Part shown: positions 18,470 to 28,827 of the stretch, one piece after another
Layout of the letters: the number at the start of each line of letters is the position of its first letter
Position numbering within the stretch: the stretch's first letter is position 1
Source: Nitrososphaeria archaeon
Lineage (GTDB): Archaea > Thermoproteota > Nitrososphaeria > JACIWG01
Length of the DNA stretch: 64,000 bases
Assembly (NCBI GenBank): GCA_050011875.1
Contig: JBEKIG010000004.1
Span: 96,001-160,000, forward strand
Reading direction: 5' to 3'
Program-made: the position numbers and the translations under genes
Notes under the pieces: model-generated
What the model saw: the letters and a program-made list of their open reading frames with translations, nothing else
Database searches by the model: none
Told to the model about the DNA's origin: nothing

Positions 18470-19823
18470 AGACCTCGCATACTCCTTCGAGAAGCCACCT
18501 TCTCTTATCTGAAAGTACTGTTTTCCCGACGTAAACCTTGTTCTCTTCCTTTAAATATCGTGTTATCTTCTTGGATACACCAAACTTTGTCGGTTCTCTG
18601 ATGATTTTCTTCAAAAGCGAAGTTGTTGAATCTAAATGTCGGCCAACCAATGCACAAGCTTTGCCTTCTCCATCCACCCAAATAAGTAGCGCATCTTTGC
18701 GGTTTTTTGAGAGAAAACTCTGCATGTTGTCCGTGTCAAAGACGAAAGGACCTTTTTTGATCTGGTATTTAGAAATAGCCATCATCTGAAAAAGAAATAT
18801 AAACGCGCTAGTCTTTTGGTCGTCGCTTACAGCGACAGACCTTATCACCTTGAAGTCGAATTTCTCAAAATGTTTGGTAAGGCTGCTGAGCGTGTGATTC
18901 AACATTCCCCATAGGATGTCAACGCTCATTTTTTCATGCTCGAACACTATCGTCAAGAGATTTCCTGCGAGTGGCGAGGTCAGCTGTTTTTTGGTTACTT
19001 TCTTTTTCTCTTCACTGAAAAAATCCACTGAGGGATGCTTTAGGAAACTTCTTGATTCCAGTATAAATCTGGATAGAGTCGTTATATAAAGTGCTCTTCC
19101 CAAGTTTCTGTTTATGTCAATTGGATCTGTTACTATGATTTTATCGTCATGAAATCTATCCTTAACATATTCTAATTTATCTGTTTCAGAAATTATTAGT
19201 GGCAAACGCCACCTTTGAGCATTTTTTATAAGATTTTCAAAAGTACTGTAACGATATATTAAGACTTCACACATGTATCCGCTGAACCCTCCGATCTTTA
19301 TTTCTGCACCGTACGTTTCCGATGCTTTCATAAACTTCTTAAGCATTCTGACTTCACTTTTTTGTTTTTGGCTCAGATTGTCGCGCATAAATTCAAGATG
19401 GTAGGGTGAACGATCAGCAGCGGTCAACCAGTTTCCTCGTTCAACACTATAGCATGGCACGATGTTGATGCGTGCGGCGTTGACATATGTCTCCACATAA
19501 GGGTGCTCCGCGTATCTGATGATCAAGTTGTCTTTCCCAAATGCTTCGCAAGAGATTTTGTAGCTAACATCTTCAAGATCCGATTTTGTGGCTTGCAGGG
19601 GATACCTTAAGAATATGTCTATGTCAGCTTTTTCAGGAAGCCATGTGTCACGAGCGTACGACCCTCCCGTTATCACTTCAGGGTTGAGTGGGCTCTGCTC
19701 CGCATACTTTCTCACGTTGTTTACCACTCGTTCAGCGATATCTCCAACTTCCTTATATCGCTCTGGGGAAGGCGTCGTTAACCTTCGAGCTCCCTCAATA
19801 ATTTTGGAGAGCAAAGGTATCAC
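18438..19823 (-). CDS. cca: CCA-adding tRNA nucleotidyltransferase (class I)
   Basis: GGSYARDTWL..DIDIF, YAEHPY, DRSPYH, GFSGY. Confidence 0.95.
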   Translation of the reverse strand: MIPLLSKIIEGARRLTTPSPERYKEVGDIAERVVNNVRKYAEQSPLNPEVITGGSYARDTWLPEKADIDIFLRYPLQATKSDLEDVSYKISCEAFGKDNLIIRYAEHPYVETYVNAARINIVPCYSVERGNWLTAADRSPYHLEFMRDNLSQKQKSEVRMLKKFMKASETYGAEIKIGGFSGYMCEVLIYRYSTFENLIKNAQRWRLPLIISETDKLEYVKDRFHDDKIIVTDPIDINRNLGRALYITTLSRFILESRSFLKHPSVDFFSEEKKKVTKKQLTSPLAGNLLTIVFEHEKMSVDILWGMLNHTLSSLTKHFEKFDFKVIRSVAVSDDQKTSAFIFLFQMMAISKYQIKKGPFVFDTDNMQSFLSKNRKDALLIWVDGEGKACALVGRHLDSTTSLLKKIIREPTKFGVSKKITRYLKEENKVYVGKTVLSDKRRWLLEGVCEVFELKEKNYFD

Positions 19824-19825
19824 TC

Positions 19826-20383
19826 CTATCCGACTATATGTAGGTCCGTATAAATCGGCCCCTTAGGTGTGAGGACGCTTTTCTTAATCTTGATCTTAGA
19901 TGTGGAATCTTCACCAAAATTGGTGTCTTGAGATTTTCTGATGTATTCACCGAGTTCTAGCCTGTGAAGTCCGCTTTTCATCCTAAGTATTGTAAGATGT
20001 GGATCGAACCTGTTTTCGGCTGGAAATCCGGCATCGCTCAACGTGGACTCTGTTTTTTTCCATAGAGAAACCATCGACTTCGATGATTCGTCATCGACGC
20101 CTATCCATACAACGTTTATGTGGGAAAGTGAAGGGAAAGCGCCCATCCCCCTATATGTTACTTTGAATGGATCAAACTTGATGTGTGATAAAGCATCAAC
20201 CACCCTACTAACCTTTGATTCTTCAATTTCTCCAAGAAACTTTATCGTAAAGTGCAGGTTCTCCGCTTCTACGGGCTTTGCATCTATTCCCAATGACAAA
20301 ATCTGCCTCTGAGCTTCCATAATGTTTGCCTTAACCTTCTCATCTTCAAGATCTAATGCGATAAAGGTGCGTACTAAACTCAT
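19826..20383 (-). CDS. thpR: RNA 2',3'-cyclic phosphodiesterase (2H family)
   Basis: Two HxT motifs (HFT, HLT), KSVLTPKGPIY. Confidence 0.92.
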   Translation of the reverse strand: MSLVRTFIALDLEDEKVKANIMEAQRQILSLGIDAKPVEAENLHFTIKFLGEIEESKVSRVVDALSHIKFDPFKVTYRGMGAFPSLSHINVVWIGVDDESSKSMVSLWKKTESTLSDAGFPAENRFDPHLTILRMKSGLHRLELGEYIRKSQDTNFGEDSTSKIKIKKSVLTPKGPIYTDLHIVG

Positions 20384-20468
20384 TCGACAAAGCAATATTA
20401 TGCCATGTTGATAAGTATTATCAAAAGATATAATTTAGCTGTGTAGAAAGGTGGATGCGTGTGATTGA

Positions 20469-21023
20469 TTGAAGTTCATAATCTGTTTAACCGGGCTGCC
20501 TGGCTCAGGCAAAACAACTGTCGCCCAGGAAATTGCTCAAATGGGCTTTTATTACATAAGTCTGGGCGATGTTGTTAGAGAGCAGACCAAGATAAGAGGG
20601 TTAGCGCTTAACAGTGTAAACCTCGGTTTTGTTATGGTTGCCTTAAGGAAAGAAAACGGTCCGCAGGCAGTAGCCCAACTTTCTCTGAAGGTCTTTCCAA
20701 AGGACGGAGAATTGATCGTAGTTGACGGAATAAGGAGCAATTATGAGGTAGATACCTACAGGTCTATCTGTAAAGTTAGACTGTTAGCGATACATGCGTC
20801 TCCGCAAAGAAGATTTGAGTTCTCGGAGTCTAGGGATAGGAGTGATGCTCCGAAATCGAGAACAGACTTCGATCTACGGGATAAGAGGGAGCTCGAGATA
20901 GGTGTAGGAAACGCCATCGCTCTAGCCGATGAGATAATATCAAACAATTGCTCTATAAGCGACTTGATTAAGAAAGCGAAGAGAATTGTTAAATTTTGGC
21001 TTGAAGAGGATGATTCTCGATGA
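20469..21023 (+). CDS. UPF0200-like P-loop nucleotide kinase
   Basis: GLPGSGKTT, VDGIRS, RDKRELEIG. Confidence 0.8.
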   Translation: MKFIICLTGLPGSGKTTVAQEIAQMGFYYISLGDVVREQTKIRGLALNSVNLGFVMVALRKENGPQAVAQLSLKVFPKDGELIVVDGIRSNYEVDTYRSICKVRLLAIHASPQRRFEFSESRDRSDAPKSRTDFDLRDKRELEIGVGNAIALADEIISNNCSISDLIKKAKRIVKFWLEEDDSR

Positions 21024-21469
21024 TTCCTAAACTTGAAATAAAGATCAAAGTCCAGATCAGCGCGGTTTTGAACGCCTCTGAGGATGTGGGCAAGTTGAGT
21101 GCTGCGATAAAGAGCGTGGCCGGAAACGTTGAACCAAGCAATAGGGAGGAGAGCGACAATCTCCTCGTATGGGAATTTGATGGCATAAACGCTCTCTACA
21201 ACTTCTATAGCAAGATTAGGGAAAGAAAAATAACTGCAGCAGCAAGAAGATTAATACTTAAAAACATGAGAAATGATTCCACTTGGGTTTATTTGAATAG
21301 GCAGGCAGCGTCTGTGGGCAACATCGTTTTGTGCGATGATCCAGAAGAATCTCCGTTAGGTCCCTTAGTTTTAAAGTTCGAGAGCCCACTGTTGATGGAG
21401 GTAGTCGATTGGCTCACAGGGGAAAAGGAAATGAATGATGTGACAAAGGATTTGAGGAGACGTTTATGA
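21020..21469 (+). CDS. UPF0201/DUF54 putative RNA-binding protein
   Basis: SED..K, LNRQAA..G, ESPLGP; ATGA overlap with the upstream gene. Confidence 0.82.
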   Translation: MIPKLEIKIKVQISAVLNASEDVGKLSAAIKSVAGNVEPSNREESDNLLVWEFDGINALYNFYSKIRERKITAAARRLILKNMRNDSTWVYLNRQAASVGNIVLCDDPEESPLGPLVLKFESPLLMEVVDWLTGEKEMNDVTKDLRRRL

Positions 21470-22257
21470 ACATAATTTCCCTTTCAACTCTTTTTATGTG
21501 GCCTCAACCTCTAAAGTTTGTTCTCAGCGAACTTTCCAAGAAGATGGAGGGCGACGAGAGGCCAGACGCATGGGACCTCGTAGACGACGGGGATTATCGT
21601 TTCACAAAATATAATTTATCTAGGTATAGACAATTATGGGAGTCGGGTCTGAAGTTCACAGTACACGGACCTCTTTCCATAACAAAGTACATCGACCGCG
21701 ATAAAAGGGTTAGAGCCAAGTCCTTAAACACGTTAAAGTATTCTATGCTCAATTCAGTTGAGCTATCTCCCCTAGTATATGTTTTCCATCCGGCTGCGAT
21801 ACCTAAAGGATTCACAAAGGAAGAAGTTAAGGTTGCGCATTACGAATTTCTAGAGCAGGTTAACGACTATTCAAAATCCATAGGCTTAAAAATCTTCATA
21901 GAAAACCACATCACTAACCTAAACCAAATGTTTACAACGCCGGAAGAATTCCTAGAATTCTACGATAGAACCGGAACCGATCTGATGATGACGTTTGACG
22001 CGGGGCACGCTAACATAGACGGGGCGGCAAAGGCATTTATAGACAAGCTCTGTGAGAAGATCGGTGTCGTACATGTTCACGACAACAACGGTACTTCGGA
22101 CCAGCATCTAGGCATAGGCAGAGGAAACATAAACTGGAATTATATCATTGGGAAACTTAAGGACTGCCGTTTTACTGGACCATATATCATAGAAAGCGTG
22201 CATGAGCCCTTTGAAACCGTTCGCAATCTGAGACTTCTCATAAATGGTAGATCTTAA
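21466..22257 (+). CDS. Sugar phosphate isomerase/epimerase (AP-endonuclease-2 TIM barrel)
   Basis: IEN, FDAGHA, HVHDNNGTSDQHL, IIE. Confidence 0.85.
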   Translation: MNIISLSTLFMWPQPLKFVLSELSKKMEGDERPDAWDLVDDGDYRFTKYNLSRYRQLWESGLKFTVHGPLSITKYIDRDKRVRAKSLNTLKYSMLNSVELSPLVYVFHPAAIPKGFTKEEVKVAHYEFLEQVNDYSKSIGLKIFIENHITNLNQMFTTPEEFLEFYDRTGTDLMMTFDAGHANIDGAAKAFIDKLCEKIGVVHVHDNNGTSDQHLGIGRGNINWNYIIGKLKDCRFTGPYIIESVHEPFETVRNLRLLINGRS

Positions 22258-23182
22258 GTGGTTCTTTCGAGTCCGGATAGGGCACTTCAATCACATCCAA
22301 ATCCTCTGGTATGATGACGTTCTTGTAGTGTTTCAAAGCTTCACTTAGTAGAGATGAAGAGTCTTCGTATCTGGCACTCAAATGTACGAGCGCAAGCATC
22401 TTAACGTTGGCTCCAAAAGCGATTTTAGCCGCGTCCGAGGAAGTTGAATGCATATTCTGTGCTGCTTTGTCAGCATCTCTATCCGAGTATGTGGATTCAA
22501 AAACAAGTAAGTCGGCATTCTTAAAAAATTTGGACAATGATGAATGAGGACGCGTGTCTCCAGAGAACCCTAAAACCCTTCCCGGTCTGGAAGGTCCAAG
22601 GATAGCCTCTGGCCTAATGATTTTCTCGTCTAGAGCGACCTTCTCACCAGATTGAATCCTATGCCATAGAGGTCCCTCCGGTATCCCTAAGCTCTTGGCT
22701 TTCTGTACATTAAATCTCCCGGGTCTTGGCAACTCCTTGAAAAGGTAGCAGTATTCGTTAATGGGGTGCAATCCTTTTTTTGCGTAAATCTCGTATTCTT
22801 TTTCTTTGACGATCAACCCTTCTTTAACCTCCAAAATATTCACCGGATACTGAAGTTTAACTTTCAAATATTTTATCGTCGAGTTTATGAAGCCCTTAAC
22901 CCCCTTAGGTCCATAAATATCCAAGGCCCTCGAGCGTTTCAGCATACTCATTGTCTGCATTAGACCGGTTAACCCTCCTATGTGATCTCCGTGAAGGTGA
23001 GTTATCAAAATCTTCATTCTTCTGCAGAATCCTATGCCCGCGATAACCATCTGTCTTTGTGCACCTTCACCGCAGTCTACGATTATGACCTCATCCTTTC
23101 TAAGAACCGCTATCGATGGAAAACTTCTGTTGGCTACAGGTACGGCCGACGACGTACCCAGAAAGACCACTTTAAGGCTCAA
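22238..23182 (-). CDS. rnz: Ribonuclease Z
   Basis: FLGTS, DCGEG, THLHGDH, SGDTRP, HLSARY, exosite GIPEGP. Confidence 0.95.
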   Translation of the reverse strand: MSLKVVFLGTSSAVPVANRSFPSIAVLRKDEVIIVDCGEGAQRQMVIAGIGFCRRMKILITHLHGDHIGGLTGLMQTMSMLKRSRALDIYGPKGVKGFINSTIKYLKVKLQYPVNILEVKEGLIVKEKEYEIYAKKGLHPINEYCYLFKELPRPGRFNVQKAKSLGIPEGPLWHRIQSGEKVALDEKIIRPEAILGPSRPGRVLGFSGDTRPHSSLSKFFKNADLLVFESTYSDRDADKAAQNMHSTSSDAAKIAFGANVKMLALVHLSARYEDSSSLLSEALKHYKNVIIPEDLDVIEVPYPDSKEPLKIYHL

Positions 23183-23188
23183 AGTCTT

Positions 23189-24082
23189 TCATCCTAACAT
23201 TTTCAGGTGGTCAACAATTGCCTTAGAAGCGTCAACTCTGCTATACTCTGTCTGGATGGTATTTGTGGCAATAAGTTTTGTAACACCCGCCTGCGTCATC
23301 TTCTCCATAGCGCCAGCGACAAGAACCGGATGAACACACACCGCAGTGATATCTTTAACACCAAAATCACTTAGGACGTTTGCAGCCTTGGCGATGGTGC
23401 CCCCTGAGGATATCATGTCGTCAACGATGTATGCAGTTTTCCCTTCAAGACGCACCGACGGTGACCTAACTTTGACTACGCCGGTTACGCGGTCCCGTTC
23501 CTTTTCTAAGACGCAATAGGGTCTGTTGATAAACTTAGCAAAAGTCTCAACCCTTACAGAGCTACCAAAATCTGGGGAAACTATGAAGGCATCGGAAATT
23601 TTCTCATTCTTACTTACATATTCCGCTAACAAAGAAATTGCTGAAGAACTAAAGGCAGGGAATGGGAACAGACCCAATCCTTCGACATTGTGAATGTCGA
23701 TCGTAAGCAGCCTTTTGATGTTTACGCTTGACATCAGATGACCTACAACCCTCAAGCTCATGATTTCTCCTGAAATAAATTCTCGGTGCTGTCTGGAGTA
23801 ACCTAAATACGGGGAAACGGCGTAAACGATCGCACCTGACTCTGATAGCTTTTTTGCGAGAAATAGCATTTGCATAAGATGGTGGTCTACCGGAGGACTA
23901 AGAGATTGTACGAGGATCACTCTAAGGTCTTTTACCTCTGATATAAGCCTAAAATAGTTCTCACCATCAGCGAACTCCTTGAACTCTACGTCGATAACAT
24001 CGCAGTTCATCTGCTTGGCCATAGATCTCGCAAACTGTATCGACGACGGACCAGGTAATATTGCGAAATTTCCTAGGCTCAT
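23189..24082 (-). CDS. prs: Ribose-phosphate pyrophosphokinase
   Basis: FADGE, PYLGYSRQ, SPDFG, VDDMISSGGT. Confidence 0.93.
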   Translation of the reverse strand: MSLGNFAILPGPSSIQFARSMAKQMNCDVIDVEFKEFADGENYFRLISEVKDLRVILVQSLSPPVDHHLMQMLFLAKKLSESGAIVYAVSPYLGYSRQHREFISGEIMSLRVVGHLMSSVNIKRLLTIDIHNVEGLGLFPFPAFSSSAISLLAEYVSKNEKISDAFIVSPDFGSSVRVETFAKFINRPYCVLEKERDRVTGVVKVRSPSVRLEGKTAYIVDDMISSGGTIAKAANVLSDFGVKDITAVCVHPVLVAGAMEKMTQAGVTKLIATNTIQTEYSRVDASKAIVDHLKMLG

Positions 24083-24126
24083 AGATAGCTCTATAAGCAA
24101 CTTGTGAACTAATTAAGCATTAGGGT

Positions 24127-25167
24127 ATGATAAGGGAAGCCGAGTGTTTCGAAAGAATAGATGAAGATAAAGTAAAATGCTTTCTTTGCCCTCGAAGATG
24201 TACGATAAAGCCTGAAAATACAGGCTTCTGCAGGGCGAGAGAGAACAGGAATGGAAAACTTTACACCCTAACATACGGTGAGACATCCTCTCAAAATGTT
24301 GAACCTGTAGAGAAGGCCCTATTTCACTTTTATCCAGGAACTCAAACCCTATCCCTATCGACCTTTGGATGCAACTTTACGTGTCCATGGTGCCAGAACT
24401 ATAAAATCTCACAGACTTCAGCCAAAAATCTTGTCACCTTCAAAATTAAACCTGAAGACGTTGTTGGCATGGCAAAGGAGTACGGAGCACAATCTGTAAC
24501 GTACACATATAATGAGCCGGTAATCTGGTACGAATTCATAAAAGATACCTCTAAGTTGAGTAAAAGCGAGAACGTAAAGAACATACTGGCAACAAACGGA
24601 TATATAACAACAGACGCGCTTAAAGACTTCGTAGACTATATAGACGCAGTGAATGTCGATGTAAAGAGTTTCTCTGAAGAGTTCTATAGAAATTACTGCA
24701 GCAGTGAACTTTCCCCTATTCTTGAGGCGGCAGAATATCTGTTCCAAAAAGATGTACACATAGAATTAACCTATCTAATAATTCCATTACTTAACGACTC
24801 ACAGGAAGAGATAGGGAAATTCACAGACTGGGTGCTGAACCAACTTAAACCCAGCGTTCCGGTTCACTTTGCTAGATTCTTTCCCTCCTACAAAATGACT
24901 GATAGACCTCCAACACCTGCTGATACACTTATGTCAGCCGCAAACCTCGCCTACGAAAAGGGTCTTGAGTACGTATACGTCAAAAACGTTTTCTTTGAGG
25001 GATTAGAAGACACCCATTGTCCAAGATGCCATACCGTCCTAATCACTAGATACGGATCAAATGTTTTGGAAGTAAATCTAACCGAGAAAAACGAGTGCCC
25101 TAGTTGCGGCCTGAAAATACCGATTATAGGTAAACCAAGGATCCCCCTGTTTAAGGCTACTGATTAA
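24127..25167 (+). CDS. AmmeMemoRadiSam-system radical SAM enzyme
   Basis: CFLCPRRC...GFCRAR, GCNFTCPWCQN, TYNEP, C-terminal CPRC/CPSC. Confidence 0.88.
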   Translation: MIREAECFERIDEDKVKCFLCPRRCTIKPENTGFCRARENRNGKLYTLTYGETSSQNVEPVEKALFHFYPGTQTLSLSTFGCNFTCPWCQNYKISQTSAKNLVTFKIKPEDVVGMAKEYGAQSVTYTYNEPVIWYEFIKDTSKLSKSENVKNILATNGYITTDALKDFVDYIDAVNVDVKSFSEEFYRNYCSSELSPILEAAEYLFQKDVHIELTYLIIPLLNDSQEEIGKFTDWVLNQLKPSVPVHFARFFPSYKMTDRPPTPADTLMSAANLAYEKGLEYVYVKNVFFEGLEDTHCPRCHTVLITRYGSNVLEVNLTEKNECPSCGLKIPIIGKPRIPLFKATD

Positions 25168-25179
25168 AGAGATTGTTAC

Positions 25180-25338
25180 CTAAATTGGCATCGCAGGTTG
25201 ACCCTCGTCCATCACAAGCCTGCCATTGATGTGGAGACTTCCCTCGTCCATAAACTTTATCATATCAAGATGGGAAGACACCCTATTCTTTCCATAATAC
25301 GCTCCGATGTTGTTTCCAACTGCAATATGTAACCTACC
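25180..25338 (-). pseudogene. C-terminal relic of an M29-like aminopeptidase
   Basis: Start-less frame GRLHIAVGNNIG...KNRVSSHLDM...GSLHINGRLVMDEG. Confidence 0.6.
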
Positions 25339-25650
25339 TTAATTAGTCTAAACTAAAGCTTTGCTGAGAGGATTTATCTTCTTCCTCCACCAGCGTCGTC
25401 ATCTTAAAACAGATAAGATCGGTAGGATTATAGAGTTATCGACTCAAAGGTGCCATCTGGCCTTTTGCCGACTTTAAGGCTTTTGTTAACAATTTTTAGA
25501 CTAAGGTCCTCAGTTCGGAATTTGAGATAGCATTCATAATAGGTTTTCAAAGCCGACTTGTTTAAAAGTATTTTCGAAAAAGTGCTTTCACATTATATTA
25601 GGATAAACGTTATATAACTTCACATCGCATGTGTTCTGGACAAGATTATA

Positions 25651-25986
25651 ATGGCCGAAGAAATCGTTAACTTTGACCCTTCAAACTTCAAAGAAGGGGT
25701 AAACGGTAAAGGCCATGTTTTAGTATATTTTTGGGCTCAGTGGTGCAACCCCTGCAAGCAAATGGCCCCAATCGTAGAGAAGCTAGCTCAGAAGTACAAC
25801 GGCAAACTTACTGTGGGAAAATTGGATGCCGGAAAGTATTCAGAAATATCCTCTAAATATTCGATATCGACGGTCCCAACTTTTATGCTCTTCGAAAACG
25901 GTATAATAATAGACTGCCTGATCGGAGCTGTCGGAGAAAGAGGATTAGAAAATATGCTTAGAGAGCATTCCATTAGAGCCGTTTAA
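25651..25986 (+). CDS. trxA: Thioredoxin
   Basis: FWAQWCNPCK, VPTF, IGA. Confidence 0.9.
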   Translation: MAEEIVNFDPSNFKEGVNGKGHVLVYFWAQWCNPCKQMAPIVEKLAQKYNGKLTVGKLDAGKYSEISSKYSISTVPTFMLFENGIIIDCLIGAVGERGLENMLREHSIRAV

Positions 25987-25993
25987 ACTCGAC

Positions 25994-26422
25994 TCAAAGA
26001 TCCAAAAGGAACCTGATAACGAACTTCCCTTTAGCATCGTATATCTCCATTAAATGGTATGTCACCGCCTTGACTTCGAGTTTGGCCTTATGCTTACCTT
26101 CCAAGAACATTTCACCCACACCTCTTGCGGTAAGAACGTACCCACTGTCAACCTCCACAATCTTTACCTCCAAAGAGTTAGGTAGGAATTCCATTGAGGT
26201 AACTTTGACGAGAACCTGCTCCAAGAAGTTGTACAAAAGTGACTTTAAATCGAATCCTTCGACTTCAAAGTTCTGCTCTGACACCCTACTTATCGAACTT
26301 AAGTCCACCATCAAGTCGACAACCGCCAGCCCAGCTCTGCTAAAGCACTCCTCCAAGCTTGCCCCAGTAACCTCAACAAATGCATCTGAAACATGGTCAA
26401 GCATTTTATAAAATCGGGGCAT
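25994..26422 (-). CDS. Archease
   Basis: DHVSD, VKAVTYH, C-terminal LDL. Confidence 0.92.
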   Translation of the reverse strand: MPRFYKMLDHVSDAFVEVTGASLEECFSRAGLAVVDLMVDLSSISRVSEQNFEVEGFDLKSLLYNFLEQVLVKVTSMEFLPNSLEVKIVEVDSGYVLTARGVGEMFLEGKHKAKLEVKAVTYHLMEIYDAKGKFVIRFLLDL

Positions 26423-26493
26423 CGGATACCAAGATGGTGGAGACAATATTTATACTTAAATACTAAAGCGATGGAGACAGAAAAAGGTACTGA

Positions 26494-26580
26494 GCCGGGA
26501 TGGCAGAGTGGACCAATGCGCAGGCCTTGAGAGCCTGTCACTCCTTGTGGGTGGCGTGGGTTCAAATCCCACCCCCGGCG
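26494..26580 (+). tRNA. tRNA-Ser(TGA), intronless, long variable arm
   Basis: GCCGGGA...CAGGC-CTTGAGA-GCCTG, variable arm TCACTC..GGGTGG, GTGGG-TTCAAAT-CCCAC, G73; A7:C66 mismatch. Confidence 0.92.
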
Positions 26581-26666
26581 CTATTTCACGTCTTAGTACA
26601 TCAGAATTGAAACTTAAAATGGGCGAGAAAGCTTAAATCTTTCTACCCATATCTAATACGGTTTAA

Positions 26667-27140
26667 TTGAACAATCAAACATTAAGGAGTGCCAGAACTT
26701 ATGCTTTCATCGGGTTCATATTTTACCTGCTAGCTACCACAGCTGGTTTCATAGGCTTATTCATCATTAGCCCGTTTATCTATGTATCTAACATAGGTTT
26801 CGCCTTGCCCTACATCTTGATAGCTATAGTCTTCTTGCTGCTGTTCATCCCAGGAATAATACTGACGATTTTTGCATGGATGACGGTGAAAAATATTGAG
26901 ATGGGAAAATATGCCCAGGCGCGCACCTACAGCCTAATACTCGGAATAATAGGTCTATTCTTCGGCGCCATAATCGGCGGCATCTTCTTCCTTCTCGCCT
27001 ACGCAAACCTAGGTGAATCGATGACACCTCCGATGGCAGTCCAACCTTTACCTCAGAGATTCTGCGTAAACTGCGGCAGAGCCGTAGTAGCCCCTAACAC
27101 AAAATATTGCGCCTACTGTGGAAAAGAGCTACCTCCATAG
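26667..27140 (+). CDS. Membrane protein with C-terminal double zinc ribbon
   Basis: 3-4 TM segments, CVNCG...CAYCG. Confidence 0.75.
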   Translation: MNNQTLRSARTYAFIGFIFYLLATTAGFIGLFIISPFIYVSNIGFALPYILIAIVFLLLFIPGIILTIFAWMTVKNIEMGKYAQARTYSLILGIIGLFFGAIIGGIFFLLAYANLGESMTPPMAVQPLPQRFCVNCGRAVVAPNTKYCAYCGKELPP

Positions 27141-27511
27141 AGAAGACTGCAATTTAAATTCATATTGAGGGAAGGTCTGTACGTTCTAATATCGGATTTC
27201 ATGGGCCTTGAACTACTGTATTTGTTTAACTTTTTCGGCATTCTTTGGTCTTTTCGATCTTCTGTAAGATTTCAGCTAATCCTACATGGAAAACACTGGT
27301 AATTTAAGTTCATCAACTTGCACAATTTTCGGTTTTTCCAGCCTATCCGATAGCCCCCCATCTGTCGCTTTCTCTTTCTCTGTAGTCGCCCATTACTTCC
27401 ACCTTCACACTTTCTATTTCAAAGACTCCAAAGAAAGAAGGTGCATTCTCTGCCTCCGAATATTCGACCTTCTTTATTTCATATCCATTTAGAATACAAC
27501 AACGCCCAACG

Positions 27512-27805
27512 TTGGCTTCCGTAGAACGCCAACTGCTATCACTTAAGCTGGCCTTACATCAGGCGTCAGGGTTTAACACACCTATCGTGATGGACGCGCC
27601 TCTAGCAAGAATGAGCGATGAAATGAGAGAAAATCTTGCAAAGATTCTACTGGAAATCAACAAGGACAGACAGATGATCTTACTACTCACGACCACGGAA
27701 TATTCCCCTGAGGTCAGAAAGCATTTAGATAGAAGTTGCAGCAACAAGTTTACTCTTAAATCATCAGCAAACGGCTATGGAACAGATGTGGAGGACCTTG
27801 AATGA
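27512..27805 (+). pseudogene. C-terminal fragment of a DndD/SbcC-like SMC ATPase
   Basis: Walker B/D-loop PIVMDAPLARM, QMILLLTTTEY; Walker A and coiled coil missing. Confidence 0.65.
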
Positions 27806-27981
27806 CAATAACTCCTGACAGACTCTATATGTATACAACTATCCTAATTAAATCAGCAGGCCCTATCAACGAGATTGTTCAACTCATCTCGAGTAACCTT
27901 CTTCGGAAAAAGAGTGCTTTGAGCCATCATCTTATAAGTTCATGCTATTTTATATAAGTTTAATAGAGAAGGCAAGATAAC

Positions 27982-28827
27982 TTGCAGAAGCTTGAGCTCA
28001 CTGAAGTCAGTGCTGGATATGGAGGAAACGAAGTCATCCATAAGATTAGTTTTAAAATAACTGAACCATCGATCTACGTTGTCCTTGGACCAAATGGGGC
28101 GGGAAAGACCACTCTTTTCAGGACAATAGGCGGAATCCTGAAACCTTCTTCAGGTCAAGTACAGTTTGATGATGTGAACCTCTTCTATTCAAAAGAAACC
28201 AGAAGAAGGATTACCTATCTTTCACATTTGAATGCCCTTCCGGAGGAAATGACTGTTTTCAATGCCTTGAAGTATTACGCTGACATAGAAGTTGGAGATG
28301 TTGAACGTGTCCTTGATCTCCTAAACTTGATGGATCTTAAGGATAGAAGATTTTCCATGTTATCCCAAGGACAGAAGAAGAGGGTTTCAGTAGGTAAAAT
28401 TTTTCTCAGAGAAAGAGACCTGTACCTCCTTGATGAACCGACCTCGAATGTGGATCCAAAGATCTCCAAGGAGATAAGAGACATACTGATCAAGCTGAGT
28501 AAGGACAAGTTCGTCCTCTATTCCTCACATAATCTTTACGAAGCAAGGGAAATCGGTACATATTTGATTCTTATAAAGAATGGTGAACTGGGGTTCTTCG
28601 ATAAGATAGAGAATGTCAAAACGAAGCAATACCGTGTTGGTATCAAGTCTTTGAACGATATATCAGAGCTACTGCCAGAATCAAAGTTTGACAACGGCTA
28701 CTATGTGATGACAGTGGACAGTCCGAAGATGGTTGCAAAGGTCGTTAATGATCTGGTGCAAGGCGGCGCTGAACTGGTGGAGGTTCGTGAGCTGGATAAT
28801 CCGTTGCAGGAATTCTTTGAGGAGTGA
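27982..28827 (+). CDS. ABC transporter ATP-binding protein
   Basis: GPNGAGKT, LSQGQ, LLDEPT, SSH. Confidence 0.92.
   Translation: MQKLELTEVSAGYGGNEVIHKISFKITEPSIYVVLGPNGAGKTTLFRTIGGILKPSSGQVQFDDVNLFYSKETRRRITYLSHLNALPEEMTVFNALKYYADIEVGDVERVLDLLNLMDLKDRRFSMLSQGQKKRVSVGKIFLRERDLYLLDEPTSNVDPKISKEIRDILIKLSKDKFVLYSSHNLYEAREIGTYLILIKNGELGFFDKIENVKTKQYRVGIKSLNDISELLPESKFDNGYYVMTVDSPKMVAKVVNDLVQGGAELVEVRELDNPLQEFFEE

Noticed and set aside
17540-26580. Cluster of tRNA-maturation genes (CCA enzyme, ThpR, RNase Z, archease) as a novel system
   Set aside because: Ordinary conserved archaeal housekeeping neighbourhood.
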